A stretch of DNA of 62,919 nt, filler included, from Craspedostauros australis (lineage: Eukaryota), in NCBI GenBank assembly GCA_030167865.1. It is 9 parts of 9 records of this genome, joined end to end, with 100 filler letters (N's around TTAATTAATTAA, not from the genome) between each part and the next. Parts side by side here need not be neighbours in the genome. Positions count along the whole stretch, not along the records: positions 1 to 20,463 come from JALAGF010006424.1; 8 more parts are not named here. One strand, 5' to 3'. Below are positions 1-11,784 of the stretch, piece by piece; the first letter of the stretch is position 1, and each line of letters opens with the position of its first letter. The notes beneath the pieces were generated by a model that was not told where the DNA came from, searched no databases, and saw only the letters and a program-made list of their open reading frames with translations. The position numbers and the translations under genes are program-made.

Positions 1-2439
1 GATGAAGGCCGAGACCTCGATGATGGCTTCGCAGACGCCGGTGACTGTGCTGGCGAGACGAACGAGCTCCAATCATCTGCCCCATCCAAGGCCCGTTCCA
101 CGTTCCTGTTGTCTGCTCGGTTCTTCTGTCGATCGTTGCGTCGCTCCTGCCGTCGAGAGCTCAAGCCTCGTACCTGACCATCTCGCACGCCACTCTGCCA
201 TCCATCACCGTTGTTTCTATTGCTGTTTCTGCCGTTGTTATTGCGTCTGTCCATATCATCTCGCGAATTTCCGCCACGGAAGGTCCATTCACCATCGGAG
301 TACCCAGAGTCATTATCACTCCGTTTCTGGTCCTTGTACCAATCCCAATTGTCGGCGTTCTTCTTCGCTTCCCTCGCATCCATGTCGCTGCCGAACTTGC
401 GGACCGTGTTGTCCTGTCGTCTCTGACGCATGAAGCGGCTGGAACCGCGCGTGCTGCGGTCCACTGTGTTCCGCATGTCCGATCCGGAGTTCCTATTAGG
501 CTGCTGCGCCTTGTCAAGGTCGTACTGCGTGATGGGTTGCACGGGTCCTCCAAGACCGTCCAAGGCCTCCATGTCGCTCATCTTGCGCACGTCGCCAGGA
601 TTGAGCCAGTGATCGTAGACGGTACCGTAGGTGTAGAACCGAACCAGGATCTTCCCTTCCTTCAGACGTTTGACGATACCATCCTCACCAAGGAACTTGC
701 CTTGGGCCGTCACTTTGATCATGTCATCCACACGGAGCTCGCCGTACGTGCGAGTGACCTCCTCTTGCAAAGCCCTATCCTCGGCGGCCTGTTTCGCATC
801 TGCCTCTTGCGTGTCCATGATGATCTCTTCTCCATCTTCCGTCAGCATTGGGATTGGCATTCCGCTATCCCCTGCACCACTATCCTCGCCGTCCTCCTCT
901 TCTTCCTTCTCCAATCCGAACTTTTCGATTTCATCCTCGTTCAGAATGACGGGAGCGGGAGGGAGCTTCTTGTATCCCTTCTGGTTAACGGTTCCCATCC
1001 AGGATCGGCACAGATCGAGTCCTGTCCGAGCGTGAAAGGATGATGCAGCATAACAGCAACAGCACAAACGTGTGTAAAGGAGAGTGGGGTAAGGCAGTAG
1101 AGTGGAGTAGAGCAGAGCATTGATTTGTGTGAGTGTGGAATGGATGGAAGCATTCATGCTCGTAGAACGCAGCCACCCATCCTTCAACCGACCAACTCAC
1201 TGCTCACCCAACAAACCATTCAACGAACCACTCAACGAACCACTCAACCAACCAACCAACCACATCACATCAAGACACAGGGCCACTTGTCCACCTCTGC
1301 ATTGTTTACGTACCTTGGATTGCTTCGTAAGTCTTCTCGCAAAGACGGAGCTTGGCGAAGACGTAGCCCAAGTACTTCACCTTGGTCTCCGTGACGATGC
1401 GCTTGGCACCATGTGACCTCGTCTTCCTCTCCGTCGGCACCAGGAACTTGGTGACATCCTCCATCTCTCCACAGCGCTGCTTGCATTGCTCCAACAAGTC
1501 CATCTCGAGCCCTGCCACGCAATTGAGGACATACCAAAAGTGCTCCTCGTCCTCCTCCAGCTCCATTCTATCCCACAGCTTTCCAAACAGAGCGGTGGAT
1601 GTTGTCTTTGCTGACAGTGACACCATTGGCGACGATGATGACGATGACGACGACGATGTAGTAGTCCACGACCATGTCCACGATCGTGGGACGGCCGCAT
1701 TTGAACGCGAGAGTGGCCGATGCTGGTGTTCATACNNNNNNNNNNNNNNNNNNNNNNNNNNNNNNNNNNNNNNNNNNNNNNNNNNCACATCACATCAAGA
1801 CACAGGGCCACTTGTCCACCTCTGCATTGTTTACGTACCTTGGATTGCTTCGTAAGTCTTCTCGCAAAGACGGAGCTTGGCGAAGACGTAGCCCAAGTAC
1901 TTCACCTTGGTCTCCGTGACGATGCGCTTGGCACCATGTGACCTCGTCTTCCTCTCCGTCGGCACCAGGAACTTGGTGACATCCTCCATCTCTCCACAGC
2001 GCTGCTTGCATTGCTCCAACAAGTCCATCTCGAGCCCTGCCACGCAATTGAGGACATACCAAAAGTGCTCCTCGTCCTCCTCCAGCTCCATTCTATCCCA
2101 CAGCTTTCCAAACAGAGCGGTGGATGTTGTCTTTGCTGNNAGTGANACCNTTGGCGACGATGNNGACNATGACGANGACGATGTAGTAGTCCACGACCAT
2201 NTCCACGATCGTGGGACGGCCGCATTTGANCGCGAGAGTGGCCGATGCTGGTGTTCATACTGCTGCTGTTGCTGATGCTTTGCGGATGACAACGATGATG
2301 GCACAAATGCCGAAGTCAACGAACAACCGCAACAGAGCAGCAGTATGAAGAGTGCACAGAGTGTGTGCTCCCGTTGCTCCGGTTGCCATTGTGGTCGCCG
2401 TTGCCGCTGACGCTGATGGACTGATGATATCCCACTCAT
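1..2439 (-). CDS. nusG: Nuclear-encoded plastid-targeted NusG-like transcription elongation factor (NGN + KOW), 3'-partial. Exon 1 is 2439-1839 (duplicate copy ends at 1314); exon 2 runs from 1021 off the window edge
   Basis: Signal peptide + TSAFVP (ASAFAP-type) presequence. NGN motif WYVLNCVAGLE...YLGYVFAKL. GT donor at 1313/1838 and AG acceptor at 1022-1024 join in frame (G|GA LDLCRSWMG). KOW-like LRVDDMIKVTAQGKFLGEDGIVKR in exon 2. Long R/N/D/G-rich tail. Confidence 0.85.
1261..2260. repeat. Gap-flanking direct duplication (1261-1735 vs 1786-2260), probable assembly artifact
   Basis: Near-identical 475-bp copies either side of an N gap, offset 525. The second copy contains ambiguous bases. 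Confidence 0.8.
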
Positions 2440-4001
2440 GATGATTGGTGAATCCTGGTGTACCAGTATGGAATCAATGAGTGCATGCGAGGCGTCCTTC
2501 TGAGATCACTCGCTGATTGTCGTCTTCTGTCTTCCTTGCTCGGTACTTCCTCCCTTCTTTGATGAGAGTTGGCGGGGGTGATGGTGTGTTGGTGAGTGAC
2601 TTGGTCTGTTGATCCACCGACGCCCTTGTCCATTCTCCTTTCGCACAACACATTTGTTCGTTGATCTTTGTTTTTGGAGGGACGCGATTGAGTTTGTGAT
2701 GTGTGGTCTGGTCGTCATGCGGTCAAGGTGGTTCAGACATGCATGTGTAGTCCATGTAATCGGCGGTAGACTGATGAACGCACGAGCAGAAATATCTCCG
2801 GATTTGGCTGTACGAAGACATGTGAGGTCGACGCTGCTCTATCTGAACAACTGGTCTGTTTTTCTGATGCAGAGCAGCTTTCTTGGAATAGAGTCATAGC
2901 TTCTACTCCAGCCCTTGTTGTTCATATGCTGAGATGAAGTTGCGTGCTTTCTAAGCTGCGCCGAACAGTCTACATCTGTATTCGAAAACGAGGGGTGACA
3001 GACGCCCCCATTGTATCTGTCCGCGAACTGTCGTGATCGAAATCAATGTGTTCGCCATATATACGGACATTATAGTTCGTATTCGCATTCGTGAAGTTGA
3101 TCCACGCGCACTATTTGAGGAGTGTAGATCCATCACGGCGTTCCTGTTTGGCTGCAACAGTGGGTAGAGATGAGGGAACCACCCTTGTTTTCGTCCAAGA
3201 CAACACCCGATAAAATATTCCAGTAGCTCTCACGAGTATAAATGGTACAATGGATCGTACCTTGGCCCATCACTTCCAGCACGTCGCCTCCGCGCTTACC
3301 TGAAGGACGACGTGTGGGGGATTCTTCCCTTGTGCTTCCTGAGGTCTTTCCTCCCTCTCTCTACACATCTCAGTCCATCATGTCCTGTATTGGTTCTTCA
3401 TCATCACTTCAAACCTGAGGAAATCTATGGGATCAATACATGGTGCGATGGCTTGCCGAAATACTTTCCAGTCACAGGGCTCGTCCACATCCTCGTAGCT
3501 GCGGTGGCGGCAGCAGACGCTGGATTTCCAAGAAGTGTCTTTACATCGGTCAATGGATTCGGGTCGCAAAGACAAAATCCATCACATGGCATCGTGTGCG
3601 TCCTCGTGCCATACGTTCTGGGCAACCACAATGATGGTACGGCGTTGGTAACCATCAACGCACGTTCTTGCCTCATTCTTGTGATCATCATTTCTGGGAT
3701 CACATGCTTGCGACAGAGGTACAACAAGACAGTCTCTCCAGTACCTATCACTGATCCAATACTCCACAGCTTCGCTGTTACCCTGATGTTGACCTTCCAC
3801 CATGAAACACCATTTGTGCTTGTGTCGACACCATGCGGCCCCAGGCTCGTCCGATCACCCTCTCATTGTTCACAACTTGACAATCAGCTCAAGAGATTAC
3901 AAGCCAAGCAATAAGATGGCTAGCCATTGACCACTCTACCAATACCAAGTGGCACAGTACGAGTACGAGCTACAACATCACATTTCATCTCCAACATCAC
4001 C

Positions 4002-5672
4002 ATGAAGATAGCCATTACTACTGCCACTCATCTCCTTGTTCTCAGTTGTGCAATTGCACTTGATAGCTACGGAAAATATGCTGCTGGCACCACCAATCTC
4101 GCTAACACGTACACACAAAATGATGGCATCCACGATACCAATGATACCTATGGTATAGATGGCGTCTACAACACGGAAGACATCCATGACTCTGCCAGAA
4201 CTGTCGATAACAGCCATGATGTTGACAGCCACACCAACACTAACCTCTGCACTGATCGAGTGCTGATTGAGGAGGACCAGCTCTGCCTTTCATTGATAAG
4301 AATCTTCAGCATGAAGGTATGCAGCTACAAAAATATACTTGAAGTGGTTCAAGCTTGTCTCAAGACTGCAGGCAAGTGTTGTGAAGGCCGAGGCGACAAC
4401 GAAGAACTATCAATGATGCTCGAGGTCGATGGAGATCAAATTGAAAGCTAGATCGATGACGCCTGTCTCAAGGCATACCACAACTTCATGGATCACAGCA
4501 GAATGACCTTCGACAATGCCATGAGGTACACCAGGGTTCAGGTCAAGAAGGTATTTGATGCTGGCACCATCTTGAATGAGGGGGTGTGAAACTGTTGGCT
4601 AGTCCCAGCAAGTTGACAATTCTCTGTGGGACAGTGCAGCACAGTTGTTGATCAACTGGGTCCACTTTTCCCACACAGAGCGAGGTCTTTTGGCATGGCC
4701 TGGAGGACCAACCATGTTGCATCTAGGTAATAGCAACTTCAAGGATTGCGAGCTACATACTGCCATGGGCTGCTGGGTGCAAGATCAAAAGGCTCATGAC
4801 CGCAATGGCGACTGCTCCTCTCCATATGACACAAGGTGCTATGATGCTGACCCGACCGACAACACTGATATCTGTTTGGTGGACATGTTCAATGCTCCAT
4901 ATGCTACTCATGTCAAGGGCAGGTACGTTCGATATCCAAATGACGACAAGCGTGTGGCTCACTGTCATGGGTTTTGTGGTCTCCAACGAAGTCGCCATTT
5001 CAGAGCTATTCAGGGCACACAAGCTGTGCCACATGAGCTCGTAAGTATTGTGCATGGCAGAAGGAATGGCACTGGCGCCATTCGCTACTTGCGGGACACT
5101 TGGACGACGTGGATCAATGCATCTGCTGTGGGTCACTCCGGTTTTCACTCTTGTTCCTGAAGATGTATGCTCGTGCACACACACGTCCGTATTCCCGAAT
5201 CGTCGCCGCGTCCATTTTTGTTTCAATTCCATTGCTCCCAACTGCTGCTTCCCACTCCTTCCTTGCTAACACTGCCATCATCCATTCTGTCGCTACTATC
5301 TTTGCCTTCAGGTTCGATCACTTGTACATACGTGGGTACATCCGGAATGTCTCCAGTGCGCCAATGTGTGGCTGCATCGAAAAGATGCATGTTGTGAGCC
5401 GTTCTCCTTGCACCCAAGTGAAGGTCGAAACGACCACCACCAATCATGACCACAAAGCATCGAACGGTCTTGGGGTTCGCATGTCTCGTGTGCAGATCAA
5501 GTTCGGCTCATGCGAGGGCATCGGTCAGGACAACGATATGTATGAGCACTACAGAAAGCTCAATAGCGAAGGCAAGGCCACCAATGCCGAATTGGAAGAG
5601 CTGCAGACGCATCTTGCTGGCGAAGATGGGTGCAAGGATGCAAGTAGCCAATTGATCGCCGACAAGTCTTAA
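4002..5672 (+). pseudogene. Disrupted copy of a diatom-type secreted Cys-rich protein family
   Basis: Signal-peptide-like MKIAITTATHLLVLSCAIA. Motifs CWVQD, CYDADPTDNTDICLVD, HCHG and FDHLYIRGY...APMCGCIEKM..VSRS.CTQ lie in different frames, separated by stops/frameshifts (e.g. 4449, ~4567, ~4980). Confidence 0.6.
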
Positions 5673-6396
5673 GTCAGCGCACGGCGCTCCTTTGTATCCG
5701 ATGATGGTGCAATTCGAAGCTTCACCGCCAACAAGAGAGAGAAAGAGAGAGATCCGGAGAGAACATCAGCTTCCAGAGAATCATCGACGCAAGGTATCTG
5801 ACCTGCTCTCCAGATCGAAGCCACCCACGGCCGGTGATGTCATTGAGACGCTGCCGAGGCTTGGGTGGAGGAAGTGTCCTTGTGATCGTAGACTACATGA
5901 TATTCATCATTTTAGTTGCATGTGACATTCTTATATTGGTGGGAGCAGCAATGCTGCATGCACTAGGTTGTGGAATACCACACAATTGGAAGCACCAGAT
6001 TTGCAATGTTCATGACCACGTTTGACAGAATAGATAGCATTCGGCGTGACCCAGCGACAAGCCAAGACTCGATTAATCTTTGTTCTTTTGTTGGAGTTGG
6101 CACGCTTCTTGTTCGTTGGATCGTTTCCGCGAAAATCTGAGGAACGCGGAAGATCTCATGAGCGTGGACATGAGTATGGAACGAACGAGCAAGAAAGACA
6201 AGGAACGGCGACAGAGGCAACGCGATGACACGGAGGCAGCATGGCATTTCAGGCACCACAAAGCGACGGCAAAGTACCGACGGCACTCAGGTTTCGGTTG
6301 GAGATATCAGAGAACAACTGAAAACGTCATAAAGAGTCTTCAAAGACAACTTGGATACCCGATACATCGCACGGACACGCGCAGCCCAGGTGGAGA

Positions 6397-9156
6397 GTGG
6401 ATCAAGAGCAACAACAGCAGCAGCAGCAGCAGCAGCCTCGAGCACAAGAACTTACGATGCCGTTCGACATGTCTGCGATCGCTGGCTTATTCTGCTCACC
6501 CGCGTCGCTTGATGAGCTCGATTGGGGACGGGCCTTTGATGACGCTGTTTTCTGGAAGAACAATCTAGGAAAGGCGGAGCTGAACGAGCGCTTGGTGACG
6601 CTGATGAACATCAGGGGGCGAGCATGGAAGGAGTGGCAGGTAGTGTACGAGAGCGTGCGGAACACCAGGACGATTGCAAGACTCGCGGCGTCGTCGACCG
6701 AACGCAACGAATACAAATCGACCCTGCGATGCGAGTTCTGGATTGACGATCAGGAAAGTGCTAACACATGCCGAGAGGACCCACTCCGGCGATGGCTTCG
6801 CGAGGAATTCAACGCAGTTCGAGCTTGGTGCTATCTTCGCGGGAAGAATCCAAACAGGCTCCATGCTGATCTTGTCACCATGCTCCGCTATGAGCTGGAC
6901 AAGCTATGTCGATGGCACATTGGTCTCAACAAAATTGGCTGCAAGAGTGCATTTGGATACTGCTCAAGCTCACACTACGTTGGGACGATCTCAGTGTGGC
7001 ACAAAGGAGTTGAATCGCTGATTCCAGATGAAGTCTTCATCAAGAGACGAACACCATGTTATGACAAGAACACGGTGTTACTTTACGATTCCGGAATCGG
7101 TACTGGCAAGACCATCGAGCTCGCGGCGAGTGCATTCTCGAGGGACGCGCCCATTACGTTCCTACTTGATGCCGATGGTGATATCAAAGAATCAGTAGAC
7201 ATCCAGGAACGGCACACCCTCGCCCGAAATAAGCTCAAAGAATCTCTGGATGCCTGTGTTGTACAATCGAAGCGGGTTATCAACACCATCTCACGGTCCG
7301 TCGCATTCTGGAACCGTTGGGGCTGCACCGACGACGATGTCACTGTCATTCTCGGCATTGATGACGCATCGAAGTGTCCAAACCTTATCCGAGCAATCAT
7401 CCACAAATACATGGTTTTTGGCAATGTCCTTGGAGCATACATCATGAACGAATGCGAGGGTGAGCTCCCCAACGATGAAGTACGGTCCAACCTCAAGGTG
7501 GCATTTTCCATTGCGGGTGCAGGCGTTCACAACTTTGCTGTAGGATCCATCCCCTTTCACTATGAGCGTTGCACAACAAGCGCACTGTTGGCGAAGAAAC
7601 AACTCTACGGGCATCTGCGACAGATGTGCCCCGGGGATGGGAGAAAGCGCATCCCCGGGTACGATGAGATGATCAACTTTCCTCTCCTCCATCCCATAGC
7701 GAACAATCCAAGAATGCTGTCCATCCTCCTGGATTTTCTATCCGATAGAGAGGTGTTCTTCAAGAACCAAAATGGTCACGAAGCGATTGTTTGGAATGTC
7801 TTCCAGACATTCATTTGTTGCGGCAGCCTGAAAGAGCTGCGGAGCGACCCAGAAACACTCATCCAGATGGCGTCGCAGACACTTGCCACTCTCCTCTTCC
7901 AGCGCGAGTTCACGATGACCGGCACTTTAGATGAGATCGATCGAGTCGCAACCAGCTTGGATTACGGTATCCAGTTCGCTACATTCGAGAAGAACACGAT
8001 CCCAATGCACCGCCTTGTTGAAGACTTTGGTCTGGTGACACCGGTCCGGTTTCCGTCATCGGAGATAATGTGGGGACGAGGGCCGGACCCAAACAAGGAG
8101 TTCACCATGCGGGTACCACAACCCTTCCAAGTTGACAAGGCAATGGAGCTATTCTGCATCTGGTTGGTGCAACGTGGAAAGACATTGGACCATCCACGTA
8201 CCCGCTTTGATATCCAGCCGTTGGCTTTTGAAGCGTTGGCCCCGCAGCTCATCAGCTGCGCCATCGGAGGAGCCATGACCGTTGCGCAAGAAGACCGGAA
8301 GGACGTCAAGTCGATCTTGATGGACACACTTAACATGTACGTCCCACCTACGTCGATCGACTACCCTGATAGCGAGGGAGAGGAGCTATGGGATGGGCTC
8401 AGAGGAGTAATCCCGGTGTCGGTGGTCTCCGATCATGCGATGAAGTCCACACACTTCCACATATGCCCGATGCTATTATCAAGAGCCAACGAAGCTGATA
8501 GCGACGGATATGACAGTGAAAGCAGCACTGAAGGCGCCGAGCGCCAACCACCAACATACGTGATAAGTCCTGGCGAAGCAACAACCTGTACAAATGTGGA
8601 GGATCTTCGAGTCGGAGATTATTCAGATCGAAGGTCAAGAGATACCTTGGTGATGGATAAGGAAGTGGCGGGCTCACTTCTCAACCTCAGAGCTGCATGC
8701 TCCAACATCCCATCTACTTCTTTCTATCCGCCGCTCACCACTGTGGTGCAAGAGGATAGCGATCTCATGGATGGATCCATTTCGTTCGTCGGTGGCAAGC
8801 GAGATGCGAATGGCCAACTCAAGGACCTACAAGTGTACACCATCTGCACCATTGCCAAGAATTACTTCTGCGCACGCGCTGAAGACCTGCCAGAGATATG
8901 CGAAAAGAAGCGGAGAATGGCAGAAAATATATTGGACATACCATTTGGCAAGAATCGATGGTATTGCGTGATGAGTCGCAAAGAGACATGCCCCCCTGAG
9001 CAACCGATCCATGGTCCTGATGAACCGCTGTTGGTGTCATTTCCGGTCGATCGTTCGCCCATGCTACGCGAGTACATGACGACGTTGGATGATACTTTGA
9101 ATCGGCACGCACGCCATGAAAAATATGGCATTAGGCTGACAAGGGCAGACCTATAA
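6397..9156 (+). CDS. Large intronless P-loop NTPase protein, possibly with a C-terminal restriction-endonuclease-like domain. Start uncertain (first ATG 6457, or an upstream exon)
   Basis: 919-codon ORF. Walker A SGIGTGKT (~7090-7113), Walker B VILGIDDAS (~7345-7371), downstream ANNPRML motif, C-terminal MDG...TICTIAKNY. Confidence 0.75.
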   Translation: MDQEQQQQQQQQQPRAQELTMPFDMSAIAGLFCSPASLDELDWGRAFDDAVFWKNNLGKAELNERLVTLMNIRGRAWKEWQVVYESVRNTRTIARLAASSTERNEYKSTLRCEFWIDDQESANTCREDPLRRWLREEFNAVRAWCYLRGKNPNRLHADLVTMLRYELDKLCRWHIGLNKIGCKSAFGYCSSSHYVGTISVWHKGVESLIPDEVFIKRRTPCYDKNTVLLYDSGIGTGKTIELAASAFSRDAPITFLLDADGDIKESVDIQERHTLARNKLKESLDACVVQSKRVINTISRSVAFWNRWGCTDDDVTVILGIDDASKCPNLIRAIIHKYMVFGNVLGAYIMNECEGELPNDEVRSNLKVAFSIAGAGVHNFAVGSIPFHYERCTTSALLAKKQLYGHLRQMCPGDGRKRIPGYDEMINFPLLHPIANNPRMLSILLDFLSDREVFFKNQNGHEAIVWNVFQTFICCGSLKELRSDPETLIQMASQTLATLLFQREFTMTGTLDEIDRVATSLDYGIQFATFEKNTIPMHRLVEDFGLVTPVRFPSSEIMWGRGPDPNKEFTMRVPQPFQVDKAMELFCIWLVQRGKTLDHPRTRFDIQPLAFEALAPQLISCAIGGAMTVAQEDRKDVKSILMDTLNMYVPPTSIDYPDSEGEELWDGLRGVIPVSVVSDHAMKSTHFHICPMLLSRANEADSDGYDSESSTEGAERQPPTYVISPGEATTCTNVEDLRVGDYSDRRSRDTLVMDKEVAGSLLNLRAACSNIPSTSFYPPLTTVVQEDSDLMDGSISFVGGKRDANGQLKDLQVYTICTIAKNYFCARAEDLPEICEKKRRMAENILDIPFGKNRWYCVMSRKETCPPEQPIHGPDEPLLVSFPVDRSPMLREYMTTLDDTLNRHARHEKYGIRLTRADL

Positions 9157-9587
9157 TCGCTGGTTGGATTGGGGAAGGCGGAAATGAAGAAGATAGTAGC
9201 CCTGAAGTCTGGGCGAGATCGACGGATCAGAGCGTGTGACGCTTCGTGTGAGGACGCCCATTGATGGTGGGGTGGCGCTGTCGTCAGCATGCATGTCGTG
9301 CTAGCATTTGTACAGCACGGTGGGAATATCTAAATAGACATCATGATGATCAGTCATCATGCTCATTTTCATTATTTTGGCCCTGATTTCAATGGAAAGC
9401 CGACTGTTGCAGACAGTCCGACACCAACGTCCGCCGTTCTCTCCGAACAACGCCACCGCTGTCGCTTCCGGCTGAACCCTCGCCACAGCGACGATCGATG
9501 GCTTTTGTGTTCCTGTACACCTTCATTCTTTCACCCGGTATCCGATGTCCGTTCTGCATTCTGCATGTCCCGCTCCCTTCTTTCCAC

Positions 9588-10490
9588 CTAACACTTCAAA
9601 CCAGAGCTCATTCCACCATCTACCACCACGTTCGTGCCGGTTGTGTAGCTCGACTGCAGTGGGCTCAGGAGGTACGACACAGACTGAACCACCTCGGCGA
9701 TGCTACCCAGCCGCTTCATCGGAACGCCGCTGATCTTGTTCCGCGCCACTGTCGCCGCATCATTCGCGAAGTACGGAGACGCACAATCGGCATGCAGCTC
9801 ATTCTGACGATCCCACATGTATCCTGGACCGATGAGCGCGGGAGAGATGGCATTGACACGGATGCCGTGCGGTGCCAGATCTTTCGATGATGACACGGTC
9901 ATTGCCAGTACAGCTGCCTTGGATGATGCGTACGCGATCATTGCTGGCGTTCCTCGCAATCCAGCGACGCTGGCGGTGTTGACGATGGCATAAGAGGATT
10001 GTTGGCCTTGTTGGCCTTGCTGNNNNNNNNNNNNNNNNNNNNNNNNNNNNNNNNNNNNNNNNNNNNTGAACATGCCGGTGACGTTGATGTCGAGGACGCG
10101 TCGGAAATCGTCGACAGGGTAATCCAACGTTGGCGCGATCTGTCCTTGGTAGCCGGCGTTGTTCCATAGGAAGTGGATCCCACTGGGGAACTTGTCCACG
10201 GCCTGCTGGATGGCACCGTCGACGCTTTCTTCGCTGGTCACATCGCACGTGATGGAAATGAAATGAGCGTCGTTGTTGCCATCATCAATGGATGCCTTCG
10301 TTTCTTCCAGCGCTTTGGTGTTGTTGTCGAGCGCAACGACGCTGCATCCTTGACGGTAGAAGTAGTGGCAGCCTTCGCGGCCGAACTGTCCTCCTGCGCC
10401 CGTAATGACGATGGTTTGGTTTTCGAAGGATGGGTCCTTGAGGAATGGTCTGGGCTGATCCGCTTTTATTCTCTCCGCTGCGTCTGTCAT
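9588..10490 (-). CDS. Classical SDR oxidoreductase, xylitol dehydrogenase-like
   Basis: TGAGGQFG Rossmann motif, NNAG, catalytic S...YASSK. NNAGYQG.IAP..DYP.DDF.RVL.INVTG.F and GPGYMWDRQ.EL recall the Gluconobacter xylitol dehydrogenase subfamily. Internal N gap. Confidence 0.9.
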   Translation of the reverse strand: MTDAAERIKADQPRPFLKDPSFENQTIVITGAGGQFGREGCHYFYRQGCSVVALDNNTKALEETKASIDDGNNDAHFISITCDVTSEESVDGAIQQAVDKFPSGIHFLWNNAGYQGQIAPTLDYPVDDFRRVLDINVTGMFXXXXXXXXXXXXXXXQQGQQGQQSSYAIVNTASVAGLRGTPAMIAYASSKAAVLAMTVSSSKDLAPHGIRVNAISPALIGPGYMWDRQNELHADCASPYFANDAATVARNKISGVPMKRLGSIAEVVQSVSYLLSPLQSSYTTGTNVVVDGGMSSGLKC

Positions 10491-11784
10491 TGTCGTCTTC
10501 AGTCTTTGGTCTTCAGTCTTTGGTCTTCAGTTGTGAAAGGTGTTCGAGGATGGAAGCTTGGTTGCGCGTTGATGCGAGTTGATGTGAATTGATGTGAGTT
10601 GCTGCGAATTGTGGGAGGTGTTGGGTATCTGTGCTGTTGTGCTGTTTCGTTGTCTGCCTCCATTCCATCAACACATGCGTGGAGACAGTCGCCGACGAGA
10701 AGGCCAATTTCAAAGAGGTGTCACCTCGAAAATGATGGTGGTAATGTCGCCGTTGGTGGCGTTGATGGCGTTGGTGTCAAGGATACGGAGGAGTGGCGAG
10801 GACGATGCTCTCTTCGTGTGGGCGCCCAGAACAAAACGAAGAGAGGGAGAGGAGTGGAATACGATTGAGATCGCAGAGGAGAGAAGCAGCTGTGGGTGGT
10901 GTGTGTGCCATGTCGTTGCTTCGAAGTGTCGAGTGACATCTGCTAAATTCCGTTCTGGATTCCATCTTTTCGCGGGACTGACAGAATGATCGTGTTGAAA
11001 CAGCGTTGACACCCAAGATACCATTTGAGTCACGGTGCAACCTTCTTTCTGTCGCTTCTTCTTTTTCTTTCTTTCTCCCAAGTTCTTGTTCTCGCATCTT
11101 CCTCAATTCGCTTGTCGTGCGAATGTGGCTATTCGTGAAGTTGCACACTGCCTCCTCTTTGCTGCACCCACACACTTGTGCAACACTTCCCGTCTCTCTT
11201 CCTCTCTCTGCCGTTGTCGTCGTCGCTGTTGGTCTCTCTCTCTCTCCCTCTGATTTTGGGATTGATCTCTTGTCAATGAAACCGCAAACGCGCCACACAC
11301 AAACACACAACACAACAGCAGAGAAAAACGAAAAGGTGGTGTCTGTTGTTGACAGCATCTCCTCTCTTGACAACCGATCAACAATCTCCACCTGGTTGGG
11401 TCGGTTGATGTGAGTTGACACCCAAGTGATTCGCACGTGTCTCGCTTCACTTCACCTCATTCGGTTTTGGTCTGTTTTGGCCTTGACACCACACATCAGC
11501 TCTCGCTTCCCCAATTTGGAAGCCATCAACTGCACCATCCATCATCACAACCATTCCACTCTCTGACCACATCAGGCAAGCGAGAGAGAGAGAGAGAGTT
11601 GGCATTGGAATCGTCTCATAAAAGCTGACATACAGACACAAAGAGACACGATAAGACAGAGACCAACAAAACCATCAACAGCAAAGAAACGCCAAAGCGA
11701 GACAAGCAGGACAAAGCAGGACAACGCAAAGCAAATACAGCCTCACCAACACTACACCAACACGAACAACACCACCCAGCTCAC

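Noticed and set aside
1261..2260. Apparent tandem duplication of the NusG NGN exon
   Set aside because: Near-identical copies directly flank an N gap, typical of unmerged contig or haplotype overlap.
2900..3914. 200-aa ORF 3312-3914 and antisense ORFs
   Set aside because: Non-ATG start, no recognisable domain, and composition unlike the real genes here.
10493..11700. 8-bp/CT/GA microsatellites in the SDR-lactonase intergenic region as specific regulatory sites
   Set aside because: Such tracts are common upstream of genes throughout this window. No specific element can be supported.
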